Made by a program: the position numbers and the translations under genes. A model generated the notes under the pieces. It did no database searches. It was given only the letters and a program-made list of their open reading frames with translations, and had not been told where the DNA came from. A DNA stretch of 63,726 nt, the filler included, from Octopus bimaculoides (Eukaryota): the NCBI RefSeq assembly GCF_001194135.2. It is 5 parts of 5 records of this genome, joined end to end, with 100 filler letters (N's around TTAATTAATTAA, not from the genome) between each part and the next. Parts side by side here need not be neighbours in the genome. Positions count along the whole stretch, not along the records: positions 1 to 21,432 come from NC_068995.1; positions 21,533 to 48,502 come from NC_068985.1; 3 more parts are not named here. The stretch is one strand, 5' to 3'. This document shows, piece by piece, positions 13,484-24,970 of the stretch (the stretch's first letter is position 1; every line of letters begins with the position of its first letter).

Positions 13484-14107
13484 CTAACTGTCTGCATGTT
13501 TTGCGTTCTTGTCCCATTTTGTATTATATATATATATATATAAAAATATATAAATATGAGATAATAGTTTCACTTTAATAGTTTCAGTATTAATAGTGAA
13601 ACTATTAAACTGAAAGTATCTCACATCACAATAGAGGAATGTTGTTGTTTCGCTTTTGACACGTAATACTGAAACAGTGTAAGAGATAAGAGATTGCTCC
13701 CGGCTCGTATTAGACAAGAAGTTGAAAATTTTTTTGGCCCATGACACTGCATGGACCCTAAGAAAGGCATGTGTAAAATTTGAATGAAATCTTTGGGTAG
13801 TTCTCGAGTTTTAGGGAGTCACACAAACAGACAGACAGACAGACACACACACACATTCTCAGTTTTATATATTCTTTTCTGATCGAAGCACAAGGCCCGA
13901 AATTTTGGAGGAGGGGGCCAGTCGATTAGATCGAGCCCAGTACGCAACTGGTACTTAATTTATCGACCCTGAAAGAATGAAAGGCGAAGTCGACCTCGGC
14001 TGAATTTGAACTCAGAACATAAAGACAGATGAAATACCGCTAGGCGTTCCATCCGGCGTGCTGACGTTTCTGCCAGATCGCTGCCTTCTCAGTTTTATAT
14101 ATAAAGA
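13484..14107 (-). mobile_element. Putative non-autonomous Helitron-like element, interrupted by a SINE
   Basis: 5' end A|TCTTTATATATAAAACTGAGAATG followed by (GT)/(CTGT)n, the layout of short microsatellite-bearing Helitrons. The 3' end is degenerate (TTAG instead of CTRR, weak hairpin, next base G not T). Confidence 0.45.
13873..14085 (-). mobile_element. Full-length family-C SINE with 17-bp TSD
   Basis: TTCTCAGTTTTATATAT at 13856-13872 and 14086-14102 flanks the element exactly. Confidence 0.95.
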
Positions 14108-14131
14108 TATATTTATTTAATGTTTTACTCT

Positions 14132-15358
14132 TTTAGTTGTTTCAGTCATTTGACTGCGGCCATGCTGGAGCACCGCCTTTAATCGAGCAAATCGACCGCA
14201 GAACTTATTCTTTGTAAGACTATAAATNNNNNNNNNNNNNNNNNNNNNNNNNNNNNNNNNNNNNNNNNNNNNNNNNNNNNNNNNNNNNNNNNNNNNNNNN
14301 NNNNNNNNNNNNNNNNNNNNNNNNNNNNNNNNNNNNNNNNNNNNNNNNNNNNNNNNNNNNNNNNNNNNNNNNNNNNNNNNNNNNNNNNNNNNNNNNNNNN
14401 NNNNNNNNNNNNNNNNNNNNNNNNNNNNNNNNNNNNNNNNNNNNNNNNNNNNNNNNNNNNNNNNNNNNNNNNNNNNNNNNNNNNNNNNNNNNNNNNNNNN
14501 NNNNNNNNNNNNNNNNNNNNNNNNNNNNNNNNNNNNNNNNNNNNNNNNNNNNNNNNNNNNNNNNNNNNNNNNNNNNNNNNNNNNNNNNNNNNNNNNNNNN
14601 NNNNNNNNNNNNNNNNNNNNNNNNNNNNNNNNNNNNNNNNNNNNNNNNNNNNNNNNNNNNNNNNNNNNNNNNNNNNNNNNNNNNNNNNNNNNNNNNNNNN
14701 NNNNNNNNNNNNNNNNNNNNNNNNNNNNNNNNNNNNNNNNNNNNNNNNNNNNNNNNNNNNNNNNNNNNNNNNNNNNNNNNNNNNNNNNNNNNNNNNNNNN
14801 NNNNNNNNNNNNNNNNNNNNNNNNNNNNNNNNNNNNNNNNNNNNNNNNNNNNNNNTGTTTACGTCCCCGTAACCTAGCGATTCAGCAAAAGCGACCGATA
14901 GAATAAGTACTAGGCTTACAGAGAATAAGTCCCTGGGTCGATTTGTTCGACTAAAGACGGTGCTCCAGCAAGGGTGCAGTCAAATGACTGAAACAAGTGA
15001 AAGAATAAAAGAAATATATATATATATTCACACATTCTTTTATTTTTCTGTTATTTCTTTCAGTCACTTGACTGCGGCCTTGCTGGAGTACCGTCTTTAT
15101 TCGAACAAATCGGCCCCAGGACTTATTCTTCGTAAGCCTAGTACTTATTCTACCGACCCCTTTTGTCGAACCGCTAATTTACGGGTACGTAAACACAGAC
15201 ACACAAGCATATAAATATATGTATATATGTTCGACGAGTAATCTTTCAGCTTCCGTCCACCAAATCCACTCACAAGCTGGCCGAGGTCCCACGCTGTGGG
15301 ACTGAACCCGGACCCATGTCGTTGAGAAGCAAGCTTCTTACCAAATAGCCACACACAT
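14132..15358. mobile_element. Cluster of three family-B SINE copies in alternating orientation
   Basis: Minus tail 14132-14225, plus tail 14856-15015, near-complete minus copy 15055-15358. Confidence 0.9.
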
Positions 15359-15950
15359 ATCACACACACACACACATATATATATAGAGACAGACAGACA
15401 GATAGACAGAGACATACAAGCAGACAGACAGACAGACAGACAGATAGATAGATAGATAGATAGATAGGTAGATAGATAGATAGATAGATAGATAGATGTG
15501 CATTATATATGTATGTGTGTGTATGTGTGTGTGTATGTATGTATGTATGTATGTATGTGCGTATATATATTTTTAGGAAAGTGTGTATGTCTGTGTTTGT
15601 CTATCTGTGTATCTTCTTGTGTGTATAATAAAACTCCTACAGCTAAGCAATGTGTACAACCTTCAGAACACACCTTGTGTACTTCTAAATTCAGGGACAA
15701 TTTTGCATCTATTTCTGTTTCTTTATATACTTTTTCTAGTTGTCTACTTTTTTTTTTTTTTTTCAAGAAAAGAAAAAAATCCATCTTCGTTCGTGACCTT
15801 TTTAAAAGGTCACTGCTCTATCATTCTAGGAAGCTCCATGTTGTTGCTGAATTTACAGTTTTTCAGTTTCAGCTTAGTTTTATTCTACTAGCAACAATAA
15901 CAACAGTTACTACAACAACAACAAGAATTCTCAACAGCAACAACATAAAC

Positions 15951-15982
<32 letters not shown>

Positions 15983-16989
15983 CTATAATAACAACAACAA
16001 ATTCAAACGCTGACAGTACCAGAAACTATGATATGACCATTTCTGTACTAACGATGGCGCCAAAATGTCTTTGGGTGGAATATTATGCATGTTTTTCCTC
16101 TCTTTTCCTCTCTATGAATCTCTAAGACAGGAATTTGGCATTGCAAAAGGGAAAATATAATAGAAGAATGATGACCTACATCAACAACACATTTTTTCTT
16201 TTTTCTTGTTTTTTTTTTTAATTATTGCTCTTGTCATTTTTCTTCTTCGTATAATATGAATCACCAATGAATATACTTGAACAGACCTGACTAGGGAAAT
16301 TTCGTTGGCCCCAATTCAAAATGGGGTAGTTCATTCAGTTTGGATAATTCCAGAACAGTAATCGTCTTTCTCAAAATTGTTTTGCTTTCACACAAAACGC
16401 TCCACCGCATCTGCTAAATAATTTACTCGTCCAAATTCTCTACAATTTATTTTCTAGTATTTTCTTTTAATATCTGCCACCCTCCCTCCAAACATATTGA
16501 TACAATCTCCTCCAAATATTCTTTAGTTCTTTGTCCATTTCGTTATTTTTTTATACCATTTTTACTGTCACAAGCACACACACACACAAATTCCTTAAAG
16601 GTTACTACCTTCTGGTACGTTCTCAATCTGCCCTGCTGCACTATACAGCATTTTTATTCTTTTGCTTGTTTTTCTCCTTTTCTTTTTGTCCTGTTATAAT
16701 AAGACTTACGAACAATCCTTACACGCGTTATTGAAATTAATACTGAATCAGTAAATATCTTAGTTTATAGATAAGTGTTGGAAGGGCAAGTTTGTTTGGA
16801 AGTTTCAATTTCACTTCGCTATGTTTCTACTAAATACCTTTTCGGGCAAATGTGTACTGTTTTACATAGAAAGCAGTAATGCAATTCTGTATTTCTGAGA
16901 GGAAGAATTTATATGAAGAGGAAGTAGATAAAGACGTTGGTTAATGCAGTGCGGTCATCTAGAGGTCCTGAGTTCAGTTTGAAGCAGGG

Positions 16990-17110
16990 CACAAAGATTT
17001 ATCTTAAGAGACCTGCAGAAGGCTGGAACGTACAACAGCCGACTCGTAGTGAAAGCAACCATCAAGATGAGGATACCAGCTGAACTAATGTAAACAGTGT
17101 ACATAATAGA
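16990..17110 (+). mobile_element. Decayed PLE-like terminus with hammerhead-like fold (family D)
   Basis: CTGCAGA-A-GGCTG-loop-CAGCC-GACTC-GTA at 17013-17048. Downstream CAAGATGAGGA...AATGTAAACA matches the 56.6-kb copy. Both core boxes are mutated. Confidence 0.55.
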
Positions 17111-17719
17111 AATTAGTTTGGGCTAAATAAATTGCATGAAAGGAAAGTCATAAATGAACGTCCACGATGCGGTTTCGATATCCATATAAATCAAGTTCAA
17201 ATCATTTACATAGCTAATACTCTTTGGAATCACGTGAGTAACTATTTTATTTTACATCACTCTCTCTTTTATTCTCTCTCTCTTTCCCTGAATCTTTGCG
17301 CATTAGTAGAATGAAACATAATGAAATCTTAGCCGTAAAATACGTGAAATTGCACCAACAACACATCCTCATTTACTAAGTCATTTGTGCAAAGCCCCTT
17401 TTCTAGAATACGGAATATAAAATATTCGCTCTACTGTGTTTGGGAGGAATGTGAAGCATTGTTCCTTGGTTCTTTTATAGATATCAATCATTGTTTAGCC
17501 ATTATAGGACACCGCATTTAAGAGATTGTGCCGGTCTTATCGACCGCAGCACTTATTTCAGAGTGGTTCGTTTTTATTACTCATATGTATAATATTACTC
17601 AGACCAATAAGTAACCGGGCAAAGTGATACAACACACACAACACACAGTCATACACAAAAATATACAGACATACAGTCGTACGCGCGCGCGCGGGCACAT
17701 AAACATATTGAAATGTAAT

Positions 17720-17761
<42 letters not shown>

Positions 17762-18391
17762 NNNNNNNNNNNNNNNNNNNNNNNNNNNNNNNNNNNNNNN
17801 NNNNNNNNNNNNNNNNNNNNNNNNNNNNNNNNNNNNNNNNNNNNNNNNNNNNNNNNNNNNNNNNNNNNNNNNNNNNNNNNNNNNNNNNNNNNNNNNNNNN
17901 NNNNNNNNNNNNNNNNNNNNNNNNNNNNNNNNNNNNNNNNNNNNNNNNNNNNNNNNNNNNNNNNNNNNNNNNNNNNNNNNNNNNNNNNNNNNNNNNNNNN
18001 NNNNNNNNNNNNNNNNNNNNNNNNNNNNNNNNNNNNNNNNNNNNNNNNNNNNNNNNNNNNNNNNNNNNNNNNNNNNNNNNNNNNNNNNNNNNNNNNNNNN
18101 NNNNNNNNNNNNNNNNNNNNNNNNNNNNNNNNNNNNNNNNNNNNNNNNNNNNNNNNNNNNNNNNNNNNNNNNNNNNNNNNNNNNNNNNNNNNNNNNNNNN
18201 NNNNNNNNNNNNNNNNNNNNNNNNNNNNNNNNNNNNNNNNNNNNNNNNNNNNNNNNNNNNNNNNNNNNNNNNNNNNNNNNNNNNNNNNNNNNNNNNNNNN
18301 NNNNNNNNNNTGTCTATCAAATTCCATTCAGAATATGTTAGTACACCCGACGACATGAAATAAGAAAAGGGTGATTTGGAGAATTGTAAGA

Positions 18392-18502
18392 CGTTAGCAC
18401 GCCCGGCGAAATGCTTAGCAGTATTTCGTCTGCCGCTACGTTCTGAGTTCAAATTCCGCCGAGGTCGACTTTGCCTTTTATCCTTTCGGGGTCGATAAAT
18501 TA
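18392..18502 (+). mobile_element. Family-C SINE fragment
   Basis: GTTCAAATTCCGCCGAGGTCGACTTTGCCTTTTATCCTTTCGGGGTCGATAAATT. Confidence 0.85.
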
Positions 18503-18871
18503 ATATTCTTTTTGGAAACGTATGAATATCGCAATTCTGCATATTTCGAAGCCTGTAAGCAAACAAATCTTTAGCAATTATATTGTGAAGCAATCATATA
18601 GCTTACAACTTTGATCAGTGCTTTTGAGTCCTATCTATTCTTGTTGATTTTATCGTTCTTGTTTTTAATAGATTTCATTTTAAATTGCAGTTGTGGCCCT
18701 GTAAACTCATGCAGGCCATTCAAGATCAAACATTTTCCACCAGTGACCATCATGTCTGTTTGGGGGCGGGGTGTGCAATGAACACTCAGGATATCATTAC
18801 CTATAGTCATCTTTCCTTTTTAAAAGGATAGAATACGATATGGTGTAGATGTGATCAATTGACCGGTAGAT

Positions 18872-19130
18872 CAGTGGTTCTCAGCCGGGGGCTATTTGGC
18901 CCTTTGGAGGCCATGTGAGATTTTTTGTCAAAATTTCTCCCGCGTGGCTGCAGCCTACTGACTGAAACGAGTGGAAACAAGCGTTATACTTCAAGAATTC
19001 ACAAAATATTTAGCAATCTTTTAATAAAATTCTTAATAAGATCTAATTATGAAAATGTATGATTTTTTAATCATTGACCGACTAAGAGGGACCATCCGGG
19101 TAAAATAGGAATCAAAGGGGTCAATAGGTT
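18872..19130. mobile_element. hAT/Charlie-like fragment
   Basis: Begins CAGTGGTTCTCAGCCGGGGG; the matching right TIR was not found. Confidence 0.4.
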
Positions 19131-19166
19131 AAAAAAAAAAGAAAAGGTGACGTTGATGTGTGAATA

Positions 19167-19330
19167 GGTGCAAGGCGTGGCTTAGGGTTAAGAAGCTTCC
19201 TTCCCAACTGCATGGTTCCTGGTTCATGCCCATTGCGTAGCACATTGGGGCAAATGTCTTCTATTATAGCCTCGAGTCGACCAAAGCCTTGCAAGCGGAT
19301 TTGATAGACGGAAACTGAAAGAAGCCTGTC

Positions 19331-19401
<71 letters not shown>

Positions 19402-19693
19402 TACATATATACATATTATATATATATATATACATATATATATGTGTGTGTATGTATGTATGTATATACCTATGTGTATCTCTGTGTTTGTCCCCCACCC
19501 CACTAATCACCGCTTGACAATCGGCGTTGGTGCGTTCGCGTCCCCGTAGCCTAGCAGTTCGGTAAAAAGAGACCTATGGAATAAGTACAAAGCTTTAAAG
19601 ATGATAAGTCATGAGGTCGATTTGTTCGACTAAAATAGGTCAAAGCGGTGCTCCTGCATGGCCGCAGTCAAATGACTGAAACAAGTAAAAAAA
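19167..19693 (+). mobile_element. Full-length family-B SINE with internal (TA)n
   Basis: Head, internal (TA)n/(TATG) tract at about 19332-19470, and tail ...GCAGTCAAATGACTGAAACAAGTAAAA. Confidence 0.9.
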
Positions 19694-20283
19694 CTGATTA
19701 GATTTTACTGGGCTAGATTGTGCGTGCGTCTGTGTGTATGCGTGTGTGTGTGTTGAGACTAAGTAAGCAGTTTATACGTTACATATAGTCAGTCATATTT
19801 GAAGAGAAAGTATCACCTTCATTGTTCACGAACCGGAAGTGAAGTTTAAGGGTCAACGAACATTTTTATAGCTCCTTTGCTTAATATTGGCACAGTTTAT
19901 TTATTTCCTGTTCTAATCATACGATACTTATTAATTCCGTTTTTTTACCGACCTCTTCGTGAGATAAAAACTTTATGAGATCCCTAAATTACGATCCCCT
20001 ACTTTGGCACCAAACCAAACCAAACATTTGAAGACGAGATAAATATTTGGTCGACCATGTGACTGGTACTAATTTTATTAACCCAGAGGGGATGTGATAA
20101 AAAGGCAAAGTGGATTAGGGTTGGGGTCGAACTGAAGTCGGAGAGAGGAACGAAATTGAATAAGATCTGAAAACAGAGCATATTCGTTCGTCCAGCGGAT
20201 CCTGCTATTTCAGAGATGTGATGTTCTCTGAACGTTAATAACTGTTCTCGCCTATCAACATCAACCTCACCATTTCGAGACTA

Positions 20284-21010
20284 CCACTGTCGCTGCTGCC
20301 GCCGCCACCACCACTCCAACTATCTTCATCATCATCATCATCATCGTTGTCACCGTCGTCGTCGACTTTATCATCATCACCATCATCGGCATCATTATCA
20401 CCATCATCATCGACATCTCCTCTTCCTTCTCCTCTTCCTCCTCCTCTTCCTCCTCCTCCCCTCCTCCTCCTCCTCCTCCTCCTCCTCCTCATCGTCGTCA
20501 TCGTCATCGTCGTTGTCGTCGTCGTCGTCATCGTCGGCATCATCACCGTTCGCAACATCGGCATCATTATCACCATCATCATCGTCGTCACAATCATAAT
20601 TATCATCATCATCATCACCAACAACACCAGCCCCACCATCTTCATCATTATCATCATCATCATCATCATCGTCGTCGTCGACATCGTCACCATCGTCATC
20701 ACCATCAGCATCATCGGCAACATTATCACCATCATCACCATTGTCACAATCAGCATCATCATCGTCATCATCGTCAGCACCACCACCACAACCGACATCA
20801 TCATCATCATCAATACCACTAGTATTAACCCCTGCACCACCATCAATAATCAACAGCACCACCTTCAGTATCGACACATGCACCACACCGCCCCAACACT
20901 ACTCCACCCCACCACCACCACTCCACACACAACATATTTACCACTCTCACCACTCTATACACACCACCACCACCACCACCACCACCACCGACGCCACCAC
21001 AACCATCGTT
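20284..21010. repeat. Compound trinucleotide low-complexity tract (CAT/CGT/CCT/CAC)
   Basis: Explains the poly-I, poly-D and poly-M ORFs. Confidence 0.95.
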
Positions 21011-21396
21011 ATTGAGCTAAGGAGAGGAGTCTCAGCGTGGTCACCAGCCTCTAATGGTTAGAATGCTTTGTGTTCATGCCATATTATCACCATCATTAAC
21101 GTGATCAGCATCACCATCCTAAACGCCCATCATCTTCTGTAGCAGCCCTTATCTTTCTTTCTAAATGAATAAAATGAAACCAACCGGAAGTAGAATGGGC
21201 GTTCATCAGAAACCCTAATCATTTTAACCAATGTTTCTATACACGCATAAACATACACGCTTGTATTAGCTTGTATATAAGCACACATAAAATTGCATAC
21301 AACACAAAATATTATGCATCCACCAATATATACATACATACATATATATATGTGTGTGTGTGTGTACGTACATACAAAAATATATACACATACATA

Positions 21397-21427
<31 letters not shown>

Positions 21428-21432
21428 TATAT

Positions 21433-21532
21433 NNNNNNNNNNNNNNNNNNNNNNNNNNNNNNNNNNNNNNNNNNNNTTAATTAATTAANNNNNNNNNNNN
21501 NNNNNNNNNNNNNNNNNNNNNNNNNNNNNNNN
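21433..21532. other. Artificial scaffold join
   Basis: 44 N + TTAATTAATTAA (stops in all six frames) + 44 N; identical layout occurs four times. Confidence 0.95.
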
Positions 21533-21589
21533 TGTATAGGTGCATATCTGGGTACAGGACATTGCAAACAAAACGTAGACAAGAAAATA

Positions 21590-21830
21590 ATGATAATCAG
21601 AGTACAGAAAACACACAGGCCACATAGAGAACATTTTCCTTCATCAGCTTCCCCCGTTTTAACACCGGCGTTTCGAAGAGCTAGGCAGGACGCATCGTTA
21701 AAACGGCTCTTCCTATGGACCGCAAATTAAATTTGTATACACAAATTAAACCTTGCCATGGAGGAATGTAGTGGCGGACAAAAAACAAGACAGGAAAACA
21801 AACGGAAAAGGCTATACGGCCAGACGGGAA
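21590..21830 (-). mobile_element. Putative PLE-like terminus
   Basis: Minus strand has GAAAC and CTGATGAAGG followed by a pyrimidine-rich tail similar to 24976-25060, plus two interleaved inverted repeats. Confidence 0.35.
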
Positions 21831-21929
21831 AAATTATGTGTGTATGAACGCTGCGAGGCACGAACTTGAAAGTAGGGACGAAGTAAGTTCGCATGTTTGC
21901 TCGGTGATAGCCATATATATATATATATA

Positions 21930-22142
21930 TATGAGGTGGGGGGGGGCGAAAACTTACTGGCTTTGGGTAATAGAAATTACAGGGAGATCAGTTAATTATG
22001 CCTTTATTCAGCATATTCTCCTCTCAGATCCACACGCTTATTGCAGCGGTCCTTCGGTTTTTATAAGCCCTGTAAAGAACTCGGAAAGCTGGGCCTCCAA
22101 GAAGGCATTTCGTGATACTCTTAAAGCCAAGAACTTTTCAGC
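21930..22142 (-). mobile_element. Mariner-derived MITE inserted in (TA)n
   Basis: TIR pair GCGAAAACTTACTGGCTTT and AAAGCCAAGAACTTTTCAGC. The interior encodes a mariner C-terminus-like KDRCNKRVDLRGEYAE*. Confidence 0.75.
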
Positions 22143-22531
22143 NNNNNNNNNNNNNNNNNNNNNNNNNNNNNNNNNNNNNNNNNNNNNNNNNNNNNNNNNN
22201 NNNNNNNNNNNNNNNNNNNNNNNNNNNNNNNNNNNNNNNNNNNNNNNNNNNNNNNNNNNNNNNNNNNNNNNNNNNNNNNNNNNNNNNNNNNNNNNNNNNN
22301 NNNNNNNNNNNNNNNNNNNNNNNNNNNNNNNNNNNNNNNNNNNNNNNNNNNNNNNNNNNNNNNNNNNNNNNNNNNNNNNNNNNNNNNNNNNNNNNNNNNN
22401 NNNNNNNNNNNNNNNNNNNNNNNNNNNNNNNNNNNNNNNNNNNNNNNNNNNNNNNNNNNNNNNNNNNNNNNNNNNNNNNNNNNNNNNNNNNNNNNNNNNN
22501 NNNNNNNNNNNNNNNNNNNNNNNNNNNNNNN

Positions 22532-22577
<46 letters not shown>

Positions 22578-22580
<3 letters not shown>

Positions 22581-22690
22581 TAGAACCTCGGTTTTTGAAC
22601 AACTTTGATGACGAATAAATCGTACTGTGTTTCCTGTCTTTCTCATATTAATTTAATACCGTAGGACCTCGCTTTACGAACGCCTCGGAT
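22578..22690. mobile_element. pogo/Tigger-like terminal fragments
   Basis: TA|CAGTAGAACCTCGGTTTTTGAAC, plus a second similar motif near 22660. Confidence 0.35.
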
Positions 22691-23938
22691 CACTAATAAA
22701 CCGTGCCTTATATATATATATATATATATATATAACCAGTGGATCGTCAATTCGAACCCTGTCACCGACAATCATACGCTTGTCTACAGCCAACAATCAG
22801 ATGGCTTCTTTCAATTTTGTTGCATCGGAGAAAGATTTAGTGAGCAAACCAGCCCCCATTAACCCCTTTGATGCAGCCCATCGCCCCTCCCCCTTCATCT
22901 TCTGTTGCTTTACCCCCACTCTCCACATTTTCCTTTTCTTTTGTTTCCTTTCTTATCTCTCTTCTTTCCTGTTTCATTGTATTTAAACGTTCTAATAAAA
23001 TTCATCAATATTTAATTTCAAAAAATAATAAAATGAAAAGGCAGTTTGATAAAACTGTCGTGAGACATTAAATACATTTCAGAAATTTGAAACATGCCTG
23101 TTTTAGAGCGTTCATATTTTAATTTCGTCATAGGAGAGTTCTGTCATTTATCAAACAACTAAATATACCAATGCTAAACATGCTAAAAATGGCAATCAAA
23201 TCTCTCTCAGGTCTTAAATTAGAAAAGAACATATTCCTACTTATAGCTGAACAACAGCAGCAGCAAATATATTGTTTTATTCTTTTACTTGTTTCAGTCA
23301 TTTGACTGCAGCCGTGCTGGAGCACCATACTGTTTAATTTACTAAATCCATCCCAAATTCTTCTTTGTTTTTGAAACTTAATCAAAACAACTAGTGTGTA
23401 TTATTTCCTTTTTATCTTTAAGTCAGAATGAAAGGCAGAGCCCATGATTCGTTACAGAGACTCCGAGGCTGGTGGGAGGAAGGTACCACTCAAACCAGAA
23501 ACCAGGCCCTGATGCTTGCAACAGAGTGAACTCCGATAGAGGCAAAGTGCCAGATTGAGTCTACCACTGAAGTAGTCCATGGATTTAAATTCAGAATGCA
23601 AAGCGCAAGAGAAAATACATCCAGGTATTCAGTCCAATGTTCTTACCATTCTGCTCATCCTACACTTCGAATTGGCTCTTTGACTGTCTCGAAATGATGA
23701 AGAGCAACTTCTGAAAGATTCGAAGTCAGACTGCGGGTAGTCAGAACAAATATCGCTAAACATTCTGTCCGCGCTCTAATGACTCTTCCAATTTGCCTCT
23801 TTTGAGTTTAGTTAGAAATAAAGTCAAGAACGGGTTAAAATATGCAGTACATATTTATTTATTTGGTACACAAAAAGCCTACAGCTCTATGAAATTAACT
23901 GAAAAATAAGCAGGGGTGTTAATATATAAATATAGAAA

Positions 23939-24160
23939 GACGACGAGCTGGTGGCAGAATCGTGAGCACACCAGGCAAAATGCCTAGCTGTATTTCTTCG
24001 GCCTTACGTTCCGAGATCAAATTCTGTTGAGGTCAGCTTTACCTTTCATCCTTTCGGGGTCAATAAAATAAATACCAGCTGAGCACTGGGGTCACTGTAA
24101 TTGACTTGAACCCCCCCACCCCGAAATTGCTGACCTTGTGTCAAAATTTGAAACCAAGAA
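23939..24160 (+). mobile_element. Family-C SINE (diverged)
   Basis: GAGCTGGTGGCAGAATCGT head; GAGGTCAGCTTTACCTTTCATCCTTTCGGGGTCAATAAAAT core. Confidence 0.8.
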
Positions 24161-24352
24161 TTAATGATTGCAATATATTTTATATTAGAACAAAAACACA
24201 AGTAGTTTCTGTCTCACCAACCGAGAAAGATACCTGTTCCATCAGAAAGCACCGTCTGAGGAATGTCGAAAGACAGGGTTATGGAACTAAGTAACAGAGG
24301 GATATAAGCTAAAACTGTAGCACTATATATTGACTTCAGTTTTTTTTCACAA

Positions 24353-24735
24353 GGCGCAGGAGTGGCTGTGTGGTAAATAGCTTGCTTACCAACCACATGG
24401 TTCCAGGTTCAGTCCCACTGCGTGGCACTTTGAGTCAATGTCTTCTACTAGAGCCTCGAGCAGACCAAAGCCTTGTGAGTAGATTTGAAATTGAAAGAAG
24501 CCCGTCGTATATATGTGTGCGTGTGTGTGTGTGTCTGTGTTTGTTCCCCCAACATCGCTTGAAAACCGATGCTAGTGTGTTTACGTTCCCGTAACCTAGC
24601 GGTTCGGTAAAAGACCGATAGAATAAGTACTAGGCTTACAAAGAATAAGTCCTGGGGTCGATTTGCTCGACTAAAGGCGGTGATCCAGCATGGCCGCAGT
24701 CAAATGACTGAAACAAGTAAAAGAATAAAAGAGAG
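24353..24735 (+). mobile_element. Full-length family-B SINE
   Basis: GGCGCAGGAGTGGCTGTGTGG head with B-box-like GGTTCAGTCCC, short internal (GT)n and complete tail. Confidence 0.9.
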
Positions 24736-24774
24736 TAAGACCAGCAAGTTCGGGGATAGCGGGTAAGTAGATTA

Positions 24775-24970
24775 CAATAATCCCTCGATAATCGCTGGTG
24801 TTGCGTTCCAAAAAAAAAAAAACCCGCGATAGGTGAAAATCCGTGAAGTAGAAACAGTACTGTATCTTTTTTATCTTTATAATTTGAGTATATTTATTTT
24901 ATTATAAATGCAAAATAACACTACAGAGGAATCGACGTAAGCTTAAATAGTAGACCGCGATAAGTGAACC
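24775..24970 (+). mobile_element. Tigger/pogo-like DNA transposon fragment
   Basis: TA|CAATAATCCCTCGATAATCGC...CCCGCGATAGGTGAAAATCCGTGAAGTAG resembles pogo-family termini (from recollection). Confidence 0.5.

Noticed and set aside
20235-21061. Poly-Asp, poly-Ile and poly-Met ORFs
   Set aside because: Trinucleotide repeats are open in several frames on both strands, with no splice or domain support.
21477-21488. TTAATTAATTAA palindrome recurring four times between N runs
   Set aside because: A fixed 44N-12-44N layout with six-frame stops is an assembly spacer, not biology.
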